Part shown: positions 12,532 through 24,630 of the stretch, piece after piece
Layout: the number at the start of each line of letters is the position of its first letter
How positions within the stretch are numbered: the first letter of the stretch is position 1
Assembly (NCBI GenBank): GCA_030248215.1
Contig: JASANG010003711.1
Coordinates: 1-64,000, forward strand
DNA from: Enoplolaimus lenunculus
Taxonomy: Eukaryota
Direction: 5' to 3'
Length of the DNA: 64,000 nt
Position numbers and translations under genes: made by a program
The notes under the pieces: model-generated
What the model was told of the DNA's origin: nothing
What the model saw: the letters and a program-made list of their open reading frames with translations, nothing else
The model's database searches: none

Positions 12532-12875
12532 GATTCTACGACAATTCGTCCCTCGACAACTCTTAACTCGGCATATCGTCGACGCCGATATTTTGTAACC
12601 CAGACGTCATTATTACTACAACTGGTTACCCCGACATCTCGTCATTGCCACAACTTGCGGCTTGACATCACGTTATCTGGAACAGTTCTCGCCCAAACGT
12701 CTCGTGGACCCGACCCATCTAAGCCTTAGATGAATGTCAAACTATTGGGTCGACGAGCTGTCGTACCTACTGGAAGGTGACGAGTGATTGTTTCGACGAG
12801 TTGTCGTGGTCAATGAATTGCCCGGCTACAAGTTGTCGTTTGACGAGTTGTCGGGCGACGATATGTCGTGATACC
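12532..12875. mobile_element. Foldback-type element abutting the XPR1 stop codon
   Basis: Left half has CGACAACTC-type subrepeats and right half has GAGTTGTCG-type subrepeats; ends are shared with 2665-2849. Confidence 0.6.
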
Positions 12876-14986
12876 CAGTTGTGTGATGTCAGGTTACCTT
12901 TCTGGTTGTTAGGTGCTTGTGCTTGTAGTCGTAACATTGTGATAGCCCGGTATTTTGGATATTGAATGTGACTGAGTCGAAGAAACAGTGTGTTTAGTGG
13001 GTGATCCATGACGTATGGTTTTGTTCTCAGCATGTTCTCTGGTAGTCATGTTATTTTGTTCATAATATTGTTAATGTTTGGAAACGCATATCTATACTTA
13101 GTTAAATCCGTGCAATTAAGTTTTTCGAAGGGTTACCATCAAGCCATCCGTTATAATAGTATATTCTTGAGTACTATAGTCTACGCAAGTTTTCGGCTCC
13201 GTTACTTTCTTAATAAGCAGACACGAACAAATGAAATACATCGTAATAACAAAAATGCGGTGTTAGGTTATGGGTGTTAGTTAAACTTAGTTATACATAG
13301 GTCAGAATCGAAATTGACGCTCTATTCAACCGGCACAGCAGTATTTATTCTGGTGCATTGTAACATTTTTTGTACTTATCTATACTTTTCGTAGGAAGCT
13401 TGTTTGGGTACCATAAACACGTTATTTACATATTTTTTCGCTTTAATTTTATTGTGAAACTATGAAGACGCCTTGTTATGTGATAAATTTGTATATATTT
13501 ATTCTTTTAATGGCAATATTTTAGCTCGATTCTCATTTGTTCATGACACTATTTTAGCCATATATTGTAGTTTTATTATGAGTATATACGTCTTGTGTTT
13601 TAAGCCGAAATATAGTCGACAGGAGATTTCAAGGTTAGGTAAATTGTGCACTAGGGAAGTTTTCTACATACGTGATAAACCTTTATGTACAGCATGATTT
13701 AGGCTAAATATGAATTGATTCAAAGTTTATTTAGATGATATGTTATTAGTTGCTGTTAAATATCACTCAATCACCGAGACAGCGCTGAACAGCTACAGCA
13801 AAAATTTGTGTTAATACGTTTGAAAATGTGCCTTATTTTGTCCCAAATTGTCGCTCCAATACAGAAGGTCTATTTTTTAGAAGAAATCTTGTATAATACA
13901 TCAACAAGCATCCATCCTACTTTTCGTGGTATTTTTAACCATGGCTGTCAAAGGAAATAAACAATCACACTGAAACGTATAACTTATTCTTGCTGTTTTA
14001 CCCTCTTGTTGAGATCCAGAGCTAAGATTAGGCTGTTTGTGAGGCAGATTAACTGGATGCGCAGAATATAGGTCGTCATTGGCTCGTACTTTAGGAGCTT
14101 CCCACTGGAGGAGTTGGATACCAGACAAGACAGCAGAGTTCCAACATTAATTAAATTTCACAGGAAACAGGAACAGGGTTTCATTTTTCACCAGAACAGG
14201 AATTACAATACCCTGTGCCACGGAATACCTTATGATTGATAATAATTCAAAGTAAAATATACTGTTTGTCTACTGTTTTGAGTTTTCATTAGCCGGTTGC
14301 TCAAGTTCTGAGACATGTGTCGAGTACTTTAAAACATGAGGATGCAGATGAAACACATGTGCGAAGGAACAAAGCTTCACCAAAATTTACGCGACAAATT
14401 TTTATCTCTAACCTTAATCATAATTTGGCACAAAAACAGGAATTGAAATTTTGCAGGAATTCCGGTGGAACCCTACCAGATATGAAGGTTTAATATTAGG
14501 ATTGGGCTTATGTTTAGGCTTACACATTGGCCTCGGCACAGTAGGGGCAGGCTAATATAATGAACACGGGGCGGTCTTATTCAACTGCTAGTTCAAATTG
14601 TTCTTGTACTTTATTTGCATTGACTTTGAAACATGAATAAAAACTGTAAACCTGTGACCTCAAATAAACTGGCATTTGTATACTGCTGAGCGTGAGTTTA
14701 AAAGTAGTTGCAAGAGATGAGTTAAAATGTTCCTGTAACAATTTTTATATCTATGATATATGCCTAGTGAAACATTCTTGCGGCTCATTCAAAGAAAATG
14801 TATATGTATATAAGTGAATGTATGTCTGGTACGCATGTCTAGGGTATTAAATTCGACAAAAACTGTTTACACTAAAGATTAAATCAATTTTAGCCGTTTT
14901 GTTTTGAACGATAAGCACATAAAACTTGGACACCTGAAAGCTTCTGCTCTTGAAAAATTTATGCCGTAAAATCATATTGGTGGATT

Positions 14987-15835
14987 CAGAGTGGGACGTG
15001 GGAAAGTATTTTTCTTCCCGACCGGCGCTTTACCGGGCGAATAGAACTTTTTAGCCGCCGGTATGCCCACGCTAAAAAGATCTACTCACAACCCACCTTT
15101 TACTCGTGCCTGAAGTTGAACCAGTATTTTTATGATCGCTGGTGTTTAGCAATTTAATGAGGTTTTGCGTGTTAGCTCCAATGAATTTAGCATATGAAAG
15201 CTTACTAAAAACAACAAAATTTCAAACCCAACTTAATAAAGCAGAGGAATTTTGTTTTTCAGCGGTCACTGACTAGCTTAGTTAATAGCAGGGTTCCATC
15301 GGAATTCCGATTCCGGCTAAAATTCCGGCAAAATTTGACTTCCGATTCCAGTTGCATGCTGTTCCGATGCTGGAATTCTGATTTTTCGGTTATCAGTTTT
15401 TAAGATTATTGAACTTAGATTATGTTTCGTTCATTTGCAATTCTGTTGGTTTTTTTCTTAGTATCTTAGTAAATATTCCAAGTTGTTACGTGTGTTCCGT
15501 CAGCTATATAAACAATTTTTGCTGAAACAGTGAACAGTAACGGAAACTGGCATACTGCAACAAAAATTAAAAGTCATACACTTTTAATATAATTACTGAA
15601 ACTTAATTCCGATTCCGCTTCCTACAGAAAAATTTGATTCCGATTCCGCTTCCGACAAAATCTGGTTCTGGTTGGAACCTTGGCTAATAGCGTATGTTCT
15701 TAACTCTTAAACGTTTGGCGCGGGTAGAAACTGTCAATTTTTTACGCGCGTGGTACAAATTTTTACTTGCTGATATACCCACGGCTGAAATTTCTTACCC
15801 GAACCGCGTTTACCGGCGGGTTAAGTCCCACTCTG
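14987..15835. mobile_element. hAT-like MITE with 11-bp terminal inverted repeat (TIR) CAGAGTGGGAC, interrupted by a nested MITE
   Basis: CAGAGTGGGAC at 14987 and GTCCCACTCTG ending at 15835; colinear in reverse with 61052-61462. Confidence 0.75.
15289..15682. mobile_element. Nested hAT-like MITE (CAGGGTTCCA TIR, GATTCC subrepeats)
   Basis: CAGGGTTCCATCGGAA ... TTCTGGTTGGAACCTTG; 8-bp TSD GTTAATAG/GCTAATAG; the empty site is seen in the 61-kb copy of the host element. Confidence 0.8.
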
Positions 15836-15970
15836 GGCAGATGTACCTATAGGTTGCAGTGTTACGCAGGTTGTGAAATTCGGTAGCTTCCGTATAATAA
15901 AAAGCTCGGTAAATATGACGACATCGAACCAGCTGAACGAGGGAAAACACTATATATGTCATGTAGTAAT

Positions 15971-16294
15971 CAGGGTACAACCGGAGATCTGCTCGAGCAG
16001 AAAATCGCCCCCCAGCTCCGGCAGAGTTTTCTGCCGAAGGTTCCGGCAAATTTCGACATTGAAATTTTGCAGTTTTACAAAAATCATTTGTTTGGTGCAT
16101 TTTGTCTTAACTTTTGGTACAGTTTCAAGAAAAAATCTGCCGACATTAACCACAAGATTTAACACTACCTTACAGTTATTTACTGAAATTACCAAATTAA
16201 ACATCATTTTAACCACCGATTTTCGCGTCATTTCTGGGCCCGGCAAATTTGGTGACCTCCGGCTCCGGTATTTTTCACCTACGGTTGCACCATG
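15971..16294. mobile_element. CAGGGTRCAACCG-TIR MITE
   Basis: CAGGGTACAACCG ... CGGTTGCACCATG; colinear with 17558-17925. Confidence 0.7.
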
Positions 16295-16386
16295 ATTTGT
16301 CATATTGTTTTACAAGATGTGATTTTTACTAGATTTCTGAAATATTATATGATATCCGCATAAATGTCCCGTGTTATCGTTTGACA

Positions 16387-16533
16387 GGTCCATGTATAGA
16401 GCAGGGCTCGAACAGTAGTATAAGCATATTCGTAAGCCTAAGTGGAAGCCTTAGTTAAAAATATTCTATAGCTCAAGCTTACTCTATTACAGTCCCGCAG
16501 GAAAACGTTCCGGCCCTGTTGTATACATGGGTC
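16387..16533 (-). mobile_element. GGCC-ended TTAGGC-bearing MITE, subfamily B
   Basis: GGTCCATGTATAGAGCAGGG ... CCCTGTTGTATACATGGGTC; perfect 8-bp TSD GTTTGACA. Confidence 0.85.
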
Positions 16534-16871
16534 GTTTGACATATGGCTACTTGTACACGAGAGGGATAAATCGTTTATCCCACCTTGAATACGCCCTGTT
16601 CCTACGATGTGAAATTAGAAGTAGCGGCCAGCGTAGCGTTTATGAAAAAAGTCTAGCACGAAATGGCTTGCGAAAGACTTGAAAAAAAGCAATTTTACAG
16701 GCTATCGAACAACCTGAAGAGGTCAAAAATATTTTTCGCTCGTTCGCAAAAGCCTTTCCTAAAAATTAGTGTATTTGGTATCTAGTTAAACTTTTACTGT
16801 TTCTAGCAACTACCTGCGATATTAAAGCTTTTTAGTTAAGCTTGTTTCGTGGATGCTTTATACTGGCAATA

Positions 16872-19800
16872 ATGGCATCGTCTTCAGATACAAACTACAA
16901 TCAATTGTTACCAGGTTTTGAACTGCCGTCTGAAAATGTCATTTATGCTTTGAAAGACAAGTTGCGAAAGTTTGTCGATGCAAGTATTGCTGGCAAACGC
17001 CGGATAGCTTTGGTTACGGCAAGTTTAATAGATAAATAATTTGGTAAAGTTCGAAGCCAGTTGCGAATCTAGAAATTTTTGTTGGTTGCGCTCGTAGTAT
17101 ATATGTAGTGAACAAAACTCGCAAGCGAAGCAAGAAAAATGCCTAACGTCACTTTGCAGATTATTAGCGATACAAAATTTTGGTATTGTGTCAATTTGGT
17201 GGAAAGTCGAATCATTGGATTCCCTTAGATACGCTATTGTTTTGCGTTTTACAACTTGAAAGTATATAAACCATAGGCAGCCAAGAGTCAGCACAGGTGC
17301 TAGTGAGAATGAAGGCTCACGAGCGAAAAACCAGACGCATTTTTTGTAAAGCGTACAAAAAATTAATACAAAATTTTAGTTTTAATATTGTCAATATGTA
17401 AAAACTATATATTTATCTAAGCAGCCGGCAGTCAAAATATAGGTGATAAAGTGATAGAATTTGTTTTTTCGGTGTTTAATATCAATAACCAAAATAGTTT
17501 TGTCGGTCTCAATGGTGTAAATATAGTGATCCCAAGATCTCCTCGATCCACCACTGCCAGGGTACAACCGGAGTTCTGTCTCCGGCTCCTGCAGAAAATC
17601 GGCCTCCGGCTCCGGCACAAAATCGGCCTTCGGCTTCGGCTCCGGTAGAATGTTTGCCGGAGGTTCCGTCAATTTCGGTAGTAATATTTTGCGCAATTTT
17701 GCAAAATTTATCTGTTTAGCGCGTTTAGTTTTGCTTTTGTCACAATTTTCAGGAAAAAATTTCACAAAAATTTCACAATAAATTAGCGTAAAATTAAACA
17801 ACTTAACAACATATTGCAGATATTGGCTAAAATTAACTAATTAACTATCATTTATACTACCTAATTTCGCCTCACCTCAGGCTCCGGCTCAGGCTCCGGT
17901 ATTTTTGACCTCTGGTTACAACCTGACCGGTACCTTAATATTTGTATTACAATAGACACAAAATTATCAGAAAATATCGCTGCAGGCGCAATATTTTTGG
18001 CGTACTAAAATATACACTGCAGAAGCGAACAAAATTGTATGAACTGCATCAAACAAAAAATTTGTCAGGTTGGGTAGAAACCATACAATTTTTCACAAAA
18101 ACAATTTCCGCTGGAGAGAATACTCTCGCCGTCCTCGCCCACTGAATCCGCTCCGATTCGGATTCTTTTTTGGATGCATTAAGATCTCAATAGATCAGTC
18201 GTAGTGGGACTACATGCATTGAGCCAAGCTCGAACACCCGTAAGCAATTAAGCTAATATGCAAATTAGGTATTAGCTAACTATTGCATTTATCGGTTTTG
18301 AAGGTTTGTATACAATTTATTCAGATTCCTCGCACCCAAAAACCATTTATTGCGGAAATTAGATTGCTTGTAACCGTAATAATTACTGAAATATTGTAAA
18401 AACGCTGAATTTAGACTTATCAATATGCAAATTAGCGATTAGCCAACTATTCAATTATCGGTAATGGAGGTTTGTAAACGATGTATTAAGATATCTCGTA
18501 TCCAAAAACCCTTTAGTACAGAAATTAGATTGCTTGCAACACTAATAAATAGTGAAATATAGCAAAATCTTCGAGTTAGAAAATTGATATTATTAATTTT
18601 GTATTTCAGTCTGGCGGTACAACTGTGCCCATCGAAAAGAATACAGTTCGATTTTTGGACAATTTTTCAAGTGGATCACGTGGCGCTGCATCGACTGAGT
18701 TAGTCTCTGAGTGTAAAGTACTTTTAACAATTCTATAAATCGCTTTAGCCTACTCCAAATCATTCAATTTTGAGTTATTCTGGGAGCTTAACATGTTATG
18801 GAGGACGCTATGTGGTCGGTTCCGCTACCAGTAATGAAAAATGACGATAAAAATCAAATAGATTCCATTAGTATATAAACCTTGACAAGCGCCGAAAATA
18901 AACCATCGAAGCCAGATTTCGCTTCCACCTATCTTCATCTAAACTTATTTCACCAATAACATCGCAAAAAGGATATTACCAGTCGTAGTGGGACTACATT
19001 TATTGAGCGAAGCTCGAACGCACGTAAGCAATTAAGGTAATATGCAAATTAGTTGTTAACTAACTATTCATTTATCGGTTTTGGAGGTTTGTAAGCAATT
19101 TCCTCAGATTCCTCACACCCAAAAACCCTTCAGCCACTCTAATAATTTTTGGAATAATTTAAAAAGTCCTAATTTTGTTTTGTCAATTAAGCTAATATGC
19201 AAATTAGCTATTAGCTAACTAGTCAATTATCGGTTTTGGATTAGTGCTGAAATTATATTGCTTTTAACCTTAATAATTAGTGAAATATTGTAAAAAGTCC
19301 TAATTTAGGCTTATAAACTATGCTAATATGCAAATTATCTATTAGCTAACTGCTCATTTATCGGTTTTGGAGGTTTGTAAACAGTCTACACAGATTCCTC
19401 CCACCCAGAAACCCTTTAATGCTAAAATTAGATTGCTTCTAACTGTAATACTTAGTGAAATATTGTGGAAAGTCCTAATTTAGGCTTAATTAATTATGCA
19501 AATTAGCCTGTAGCTAATAAACTTAAAATTTTAAAACCCCAATGCGAGGTTAACACCCCAGAATAATTGGCTTTCAAACAAAAAAAAGTTTGTCAAAATC
19601 GGTTCAGCCGTTCCTGAGATTCTTTTCGGACGGACAGACGGACGGATGGACACACGGACGGACGGACATCCACCTTTCGACCCCCAAGTACAAAACATAA
19701 AACGCTTCGCGAAACTCCGAGCTTCGCTCGGAGTTTCGCTTCGCTCAATGAATTTTTCGGCGGCTTGTTTTTCTTTAATTTTCTGGTTCCGTCTCCGGTA

Positions 19801-22800
19801 ATTTCTTTCAAATGCCGATTCCAGTTAATTATAATTCCGGTTGCGCCCTGGCTGTAACTGTATTTCACTGTATTGCCTCACGAGAGATTTTCGGTATATT
19901 TGAAATTTCAGACTCGACCCAGACAGTTTTAAAAGTTTTCTGTTATCACTGAATCGCATCTGTTCTTTGTATATATATAATGTATTAAACTTGGAATTTT
20001 ATTGTTTTAGGTACTTTTTGAAGAACGGCTACGCTGTGATATTTCTCAATCGGACTCGTTCAATTCAACCGTTTGAACGTCATTTTTGTGAAAAACCAAT
20101 TCTTGATCAGTTAAACGTGATCAAAGATAACAAAAAAGGCGATGTAATGTGTTGTAAGTGATTTGATAATCTACTGTGTTTCTTCAATTTTTTTAAAATT
20201 TCATTAGGATAACTAAATGAACCTACAGTTATGATCTGATTGAAGGTGTACGTTTTTTGCTACTGGTTTGGGCAAAACATATAGCGTGCTTCATAAAGTT
20301 TTCCACAAGCCAAGCCAGTTACAATGAAAACACAATTTTGTAACTACGAAATTTTAGCTTTCATTTCTGTTTGGGGGTATAGCTTGACTGAGGACACTTG
20401 GAGCCTCGGATCCGCCAGTGAGCTATAACAATAAATTTTTTCCACAATTTATTCGTGCAACAGAAAGTATTTTTATATATAATATATAATGTATATTATA
20501 TTATATTATATATCTATGTACTATGATGCATTATATATATGTCTATATATATCTGTCGATTAACATTCTACCTGCTAAAGACGTACATTTTAGTCGATAC
20601 GGCAAAATCGCCAAATTTGCTCGAAAGTTTTGCTTGCTACAAAAAGTATTATGCCAATCAGTGTTTGCTTCGCATTCAGTTTATAACGCTCGCGGAATAT
20701 CTTACATACCTTTGGATTGCTTGTGAAATGATACGGCCGCTTGGAAACAGGGCGTTGGTTTATTTGGCAGCGGCTGTTGCTGATTTTTACATTCCTGCGG
20801 AGCAAATGGTAGTTTTGGTTGTTCTGAAAACATACCGCTTTTTTATAATTAAAACAATTATGACAATTGGGCTCTTGTATGCTTTTCCCCCGCATTTAAA
20901 ATTAAGGTTTCAGGTTAGGAATAGGCTTAGGCTTAAGTCAGCGTTTTATTAAACCTAAGCTAAAGCATATGCGTAAAGCTAAGCCTGTTGGGTATCCCTA
21001 CAAGTGCGGACAACTGGTTCTGCGTTGTTTCTTACCTAATCTGCATTATGTTTGTGTAGTTGCTACTATAGTGAGTCTAATATGAGGGAGAGGTAATAAC
21101 GGTTTGGGGTTCTTATTTTAAGTGTGAATCAATAGGAGTACTATTTTATTAATTGGAGTCTGTAAATGGATAGAGCTTAAAATTACCGTTTGTACCAAAA
21201 TTTGTTTTCTCACGCGTTATTGTGTGGGTAGTAACATTTTTGTACAATTAACACGCTATATATTTAAAGTATTGGTGTGCCCCGCAAACGAAAATCCTGG
21301 CTATGCTCATACCAACGGCCCTGTTTTATACACTGGCCGTTATTTTCAACCCAGGATCTCATCCAGAATGCGGCCAATGTTACTGTCAGGGGCGTACGAG
21401 TAGATTAAGCGTATTCCTAATTCTTTGCCTTAGCGTTGCAAAAGTGTGTTTCCAAGCCTAAGTCTAAGCGTAAGCCTCAGCAAAAAATGTAATCTAGAAT
21501 CTAAATTTACTGTTTTACAGACCCACCAGAAACATGGACGCCCCTAAAAGTAACATTGGCCCGGAATGCTATATATTCACTAGCTTGTCACGGTCAAATT
21601 ATAAAGTTCACATAGCCGTTACCATTCCGATTAGTTGTATTTCTGTTTACAATTATTTGTTGCAGTATTCGAGAAAATTATGTTTACTAAGCTTAACATG
21701 ATGGTTGGTTTTCTAGGAAGAACACAAAATTAGCCTAAGCGAAGGCAAACTGTGCCTAACATTTGACTGTGTGCCGAAAATGTTGGGAAAGTTGAAAAGC
21801 GAAGTTGTACCACAAGCGTACTTTATTACGTTTAAGGTTTGTTTTTTATGTATTCGACACCGCACGCAGAGGGCACCAGTGGCACTCAAAGCTGTCTGGT
21901 AAAATTCTGGCCCAATACAAAACTTTAAGTCTCACTTGTAAGTGTGTTGCTCCCCCTAAGAGCTTGAGCTGGCTACGGTGCTGTTTGTATTTTGACAATA
22001 CTAATAATTACACCATTTGGGACTCAGTGTCTGTCTGTATGTGATATTCATATCCAAGTTTTAAACTTGTGTTTACGTGCTATTATTATTTCCGATTCTA
22101 GCTAGAGGGGTCACAGAGGGTTTTGTCCCCCATGAAAACTTTTCCCGTTTACAAAAGTTTTTACCCCGCATGAAAGTCATGTTAAATTTGCTGGCCCATG
22201 TTACTTTATGGGGCGTCCAGGTTTCTGGTGGTCTATAAAATTGTAGGATTAGATTCTATATTACATTTTTTGCTTAGGCTTAGGCTTAAGCTTAGGCTTA
22301 GGAATACGTTTTTGCAACGCTTAGGCTTAGGCTTACGCTTAGAAGTACGCTTAATCTACTGTTACGCCCCTTACAGTAACATTGGCCAATTTTCTCATGG
22401 TTCTTCTGAAATGTTTGGTCCCTTCTGATACGTTGAGTTGACTACTGTCCTTGCTTTATGATAATAAAATTGCAGTTAGTGTTACTAAAATCATCAAAGG
22501 TAACGTTATTAAGCTGAGTGGAATGTAGCACGTTTATTAAAATATTTTAGAATTGAATGAAAACTGTTTGGCTATTTTAATACAAACCGGCATCCACCGG
22601 TTGCGTACGGCAACGCACTTGAATTGTCGCATGGCGTTGCATAACAATTTGTAAAAAATTTCACTTGCGCATCATCGTCGAACGCCGCACGCGAAGTATA
22701 GGACCACTCTAAACAGATGGTATTTTAAAAAATATAACAATGGTAGAACCATAATTGTTTTGGTTAAAATATAGTATATCGGGCCAATGTATAGAACAGA

Positions 22801-24420
22801 GCTGGATCGTTTTTCGGCAGGGCTGTAAATAGAGTCAGTTTAAGCTTCACACGAACTTTTTTGCTTAGGCTTAGGCTTAGGAATAGTCTCATCCTAACGC
22901 TTAGGCTTAGGCTTACACTACTGTTCCGTCCCTGTTCTATACATCGGCTGTATATCGTATGCCAGATTAATATTTTAATTCGTACAACCACAGTTTTTAC
23001 CGTTGTTGTGTTGTTTTTTAGCTTGAAACTGATGACAATTTGGTGATCGAAAAAGCTGAAAAAGCACTAAAGAAATATCAGCACGAGGTTAGTTTTTATT
23101 GCGTGGGTCAATGATTTGGCAATAGTAAATATTTAGAGCCTTGTGAATCAATCCCCTTCTATATCGTATGTAAAGAAGAAAAAATTTCGAACAAATGTAC
23201 TATAGTGACCTGAATATGAGCAGGAACTCCCTCGCTCTATTCGGTTCCGAACTGTTATGTATTTTTCAGTTCAGCTTCAGTTATGCATTATCTGCAATAC
23301 TTTTTGTTTGTCGCGAAGAAAATCCAAAAATGCACTTTCTGCCGCAAATATTTAATTAAATTCCATTCCATAAGTGACTCAAGATTAAATTCAGTCGTTT
23401 GTGGAAGGCAATTGAAATTATTAAAATCAAATACTTCGTCACTACAACTGTTCATGTTTGACCTTTTTGTTCCATGTAACAAAATTAGTGGTCAACTTTC
23501 ATTTCCATTCCAGCTGTTAATGTAATAAAAGTTCACTTTTAGACTATCGTTTATAAATACTTAAAATGAACTTAAGTCAATTCCACTGGACCGCACACCT
23601 GTAACTTTTGTTTGCCACGTTCTATGGTTCAAGTTCATTAGTTTAGGCATTACTGTAGTGACCCGAATAAGAGGGGGACTGATATTTATTTGGCCTCTCC
23701 AGAGGGTGCCCCTCTTGTTCTTCGGTTACGGACCGTTATTTGTTTTTAACCCGCCCTCCGCCGCCCTTCTTTGCTGATTAATATCCGGTATTGCAACTAT
23801 CCGTTGAATTGAACGTTTTATTTGTCTTGTGTCAATAGTTTGAACGATAATGCAAGGTTATACTTAGGAATGTACTTTCAAAATTTAAGAACGCTTTAAA
23901 GTTCCGAACTCAACTTTATTTGGTCCTGGAGTCATTTATGCGCTACAATTACGCATAATTGACATTTATGGACTCTAATTAGGGCTTAGGGATTCTATCC
24001 GCATACGGACTTTTATTAGGGATACGGACTGATATTGATTGAAACTCAAAATGGGGACCCCCTCTTGTTCGGGTCACTACAGTACTTTTAATACAAGAGT
24101 ATGGTGCAATGTCTATCGGTAACATAGGTCTAAAAGTTTTAAAAGTGCCTCATTACTCAAAAATTCTATGGGATAAAACCTTTGTATATGTCAATTAACG
24201 GTACCGGACTTATTAAATTAAAAAACAACTGATTTTTCAGCTGGTTGTCGGCAATCTACTAAAAGAACGAAAGCGCAAAGTGGTTCTTGTACGTCAAGCG
24301 CTGACACCGGCACAGACTGTGATTTCACTAAATGATGAGCAAGCGTCGCAAGGAATTGAAATTGAAAAAATGATAGTTGAACAAATTTGCATATTTCATA
24401 ATCAGTTTATTGATGCATAA
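16872..24420 (+). CDS. PPCS: Phosphopantothenate-cysteine ligase (CoA biosynthesis, CoaB-like), 7 coding exons, 319 aa
   Basis: join(16872..17018,18610..18698,20011..20153,20594..20808,21717..21836,23022..23087,24241..24420) = 960 nt. Family motifs: [88 protein letters not shown]. Intron 1 is GC-AG; the others are GT-AG. Confidence 0.95.
17558..17925. mobile_element. CAGGGTRCAACCG-TIR MITE (PPCS intron 1)
   Basis: CAGGGTACAACCGGAG ... CTCTGGTTACAACCTG with GGCTCC subrepeats; colinear with 15971-16294. Confidence 0.7.
18196..18565 (-). mobile_element. DINE-1/HINE-like element, truncated
   Basis: Stem-loop GTAGTGGGACTAC, subterminal inverted repeat and about 2 central repeat units; the other end is missing. 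Confidence 0.7.
18979..19749 (-). mobile_element. DINE-1/HINE-like element, full length and best preserved
   Basis: GTAGTGGGACTAC stem-loop; ATTGAGCGAAGC ... GCTTCGCTCAAT inverted repeats; hairpin GCGAAACTCCGAGC-TTC-GCTCGGAGTTTCGC; (GGAC/AGAC)n; central repeats. Confidence 0.8.
20474..20552. repeat. Degenerate (AT)n low-complexity tract
   Basis: TATATATAATATATAAT...; similar tracts at 35162-35225 and 37665-37711. Confidence 0.7.
21372..21561 (-). mobile_element. GGCC-ended TTAGGC-bearing MITE, subfamily A
   Basis: GGCCAATGTTACTGTCAGGGGCGT ... ACGCCCCTAAAAGTAACATTGGCC; TSD CAGAATGC/CGGAATGC. Confidence 0.85.
22193..22387 (+). mobile_element. GGCC-ended TTAGGC-bearing MITE, subfamily A
   Basis: GGCCCATGTTACTTTATGGGGCGT ... 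ACGCCCCTTACAGTAACATTGGCC; TSD AATTTGCT/AATTTTCT; two (CTTAGG)n blocks. Confidence 0.88.
22782..22949 (+). mobile_element. GGCC-ended TTAGGC-bearing MITE, subfamily B
   Basis: GGCCAATGTATAGAACAG ... CTGTTCTATACATCGGCT; perfect TSD GTATATCG. Confidence 0.88.
23653..24082. mobile_element. TA-flanked MITE (Tc1/mariner-type TSD), TIR about 25 bp
   Basis: TA|CTGTAGTGACCCGAATAAGAGGGGG ... CCCCCTCTTGTTCGGGTCACTACAG|TA; a degenerate left-end copy lies near 23198-23258. Confidence 0.85.
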
Positions 24421-24630
24421 AATATTTTAAAATATAATCACATTTGAGCAACTTTGACTAATTTCGTATCGCGGCTAGAAGTTGTCTTCGGCATTGTTTA
24501 AACCGATTTTAAATATTCGTTGTTTTAGTTCAACCGTCAATGTACGATAAGGACGGAGATATTATTGTCCACTACTCAATCGGATTACCAAATGACACCA
24601 TCCACTGTTTGCCATTTTAACCTTGAGTAG

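Noticed and set aside
12531..16871. XPR1-PPCS as a nematode operon
   Set aside because: The genes are on the same strand but 4.3 kb apart and separated by several transposons. Nothing in the sequence supports polycistronic spacing; SL data would be needed.
15810..17801. ORFs of 96-140 aa on both strands as transposases
   Set aside because: They lie in short MITEs with GGCTCC subrepeats and show no DDE or DNA-binding motifs.
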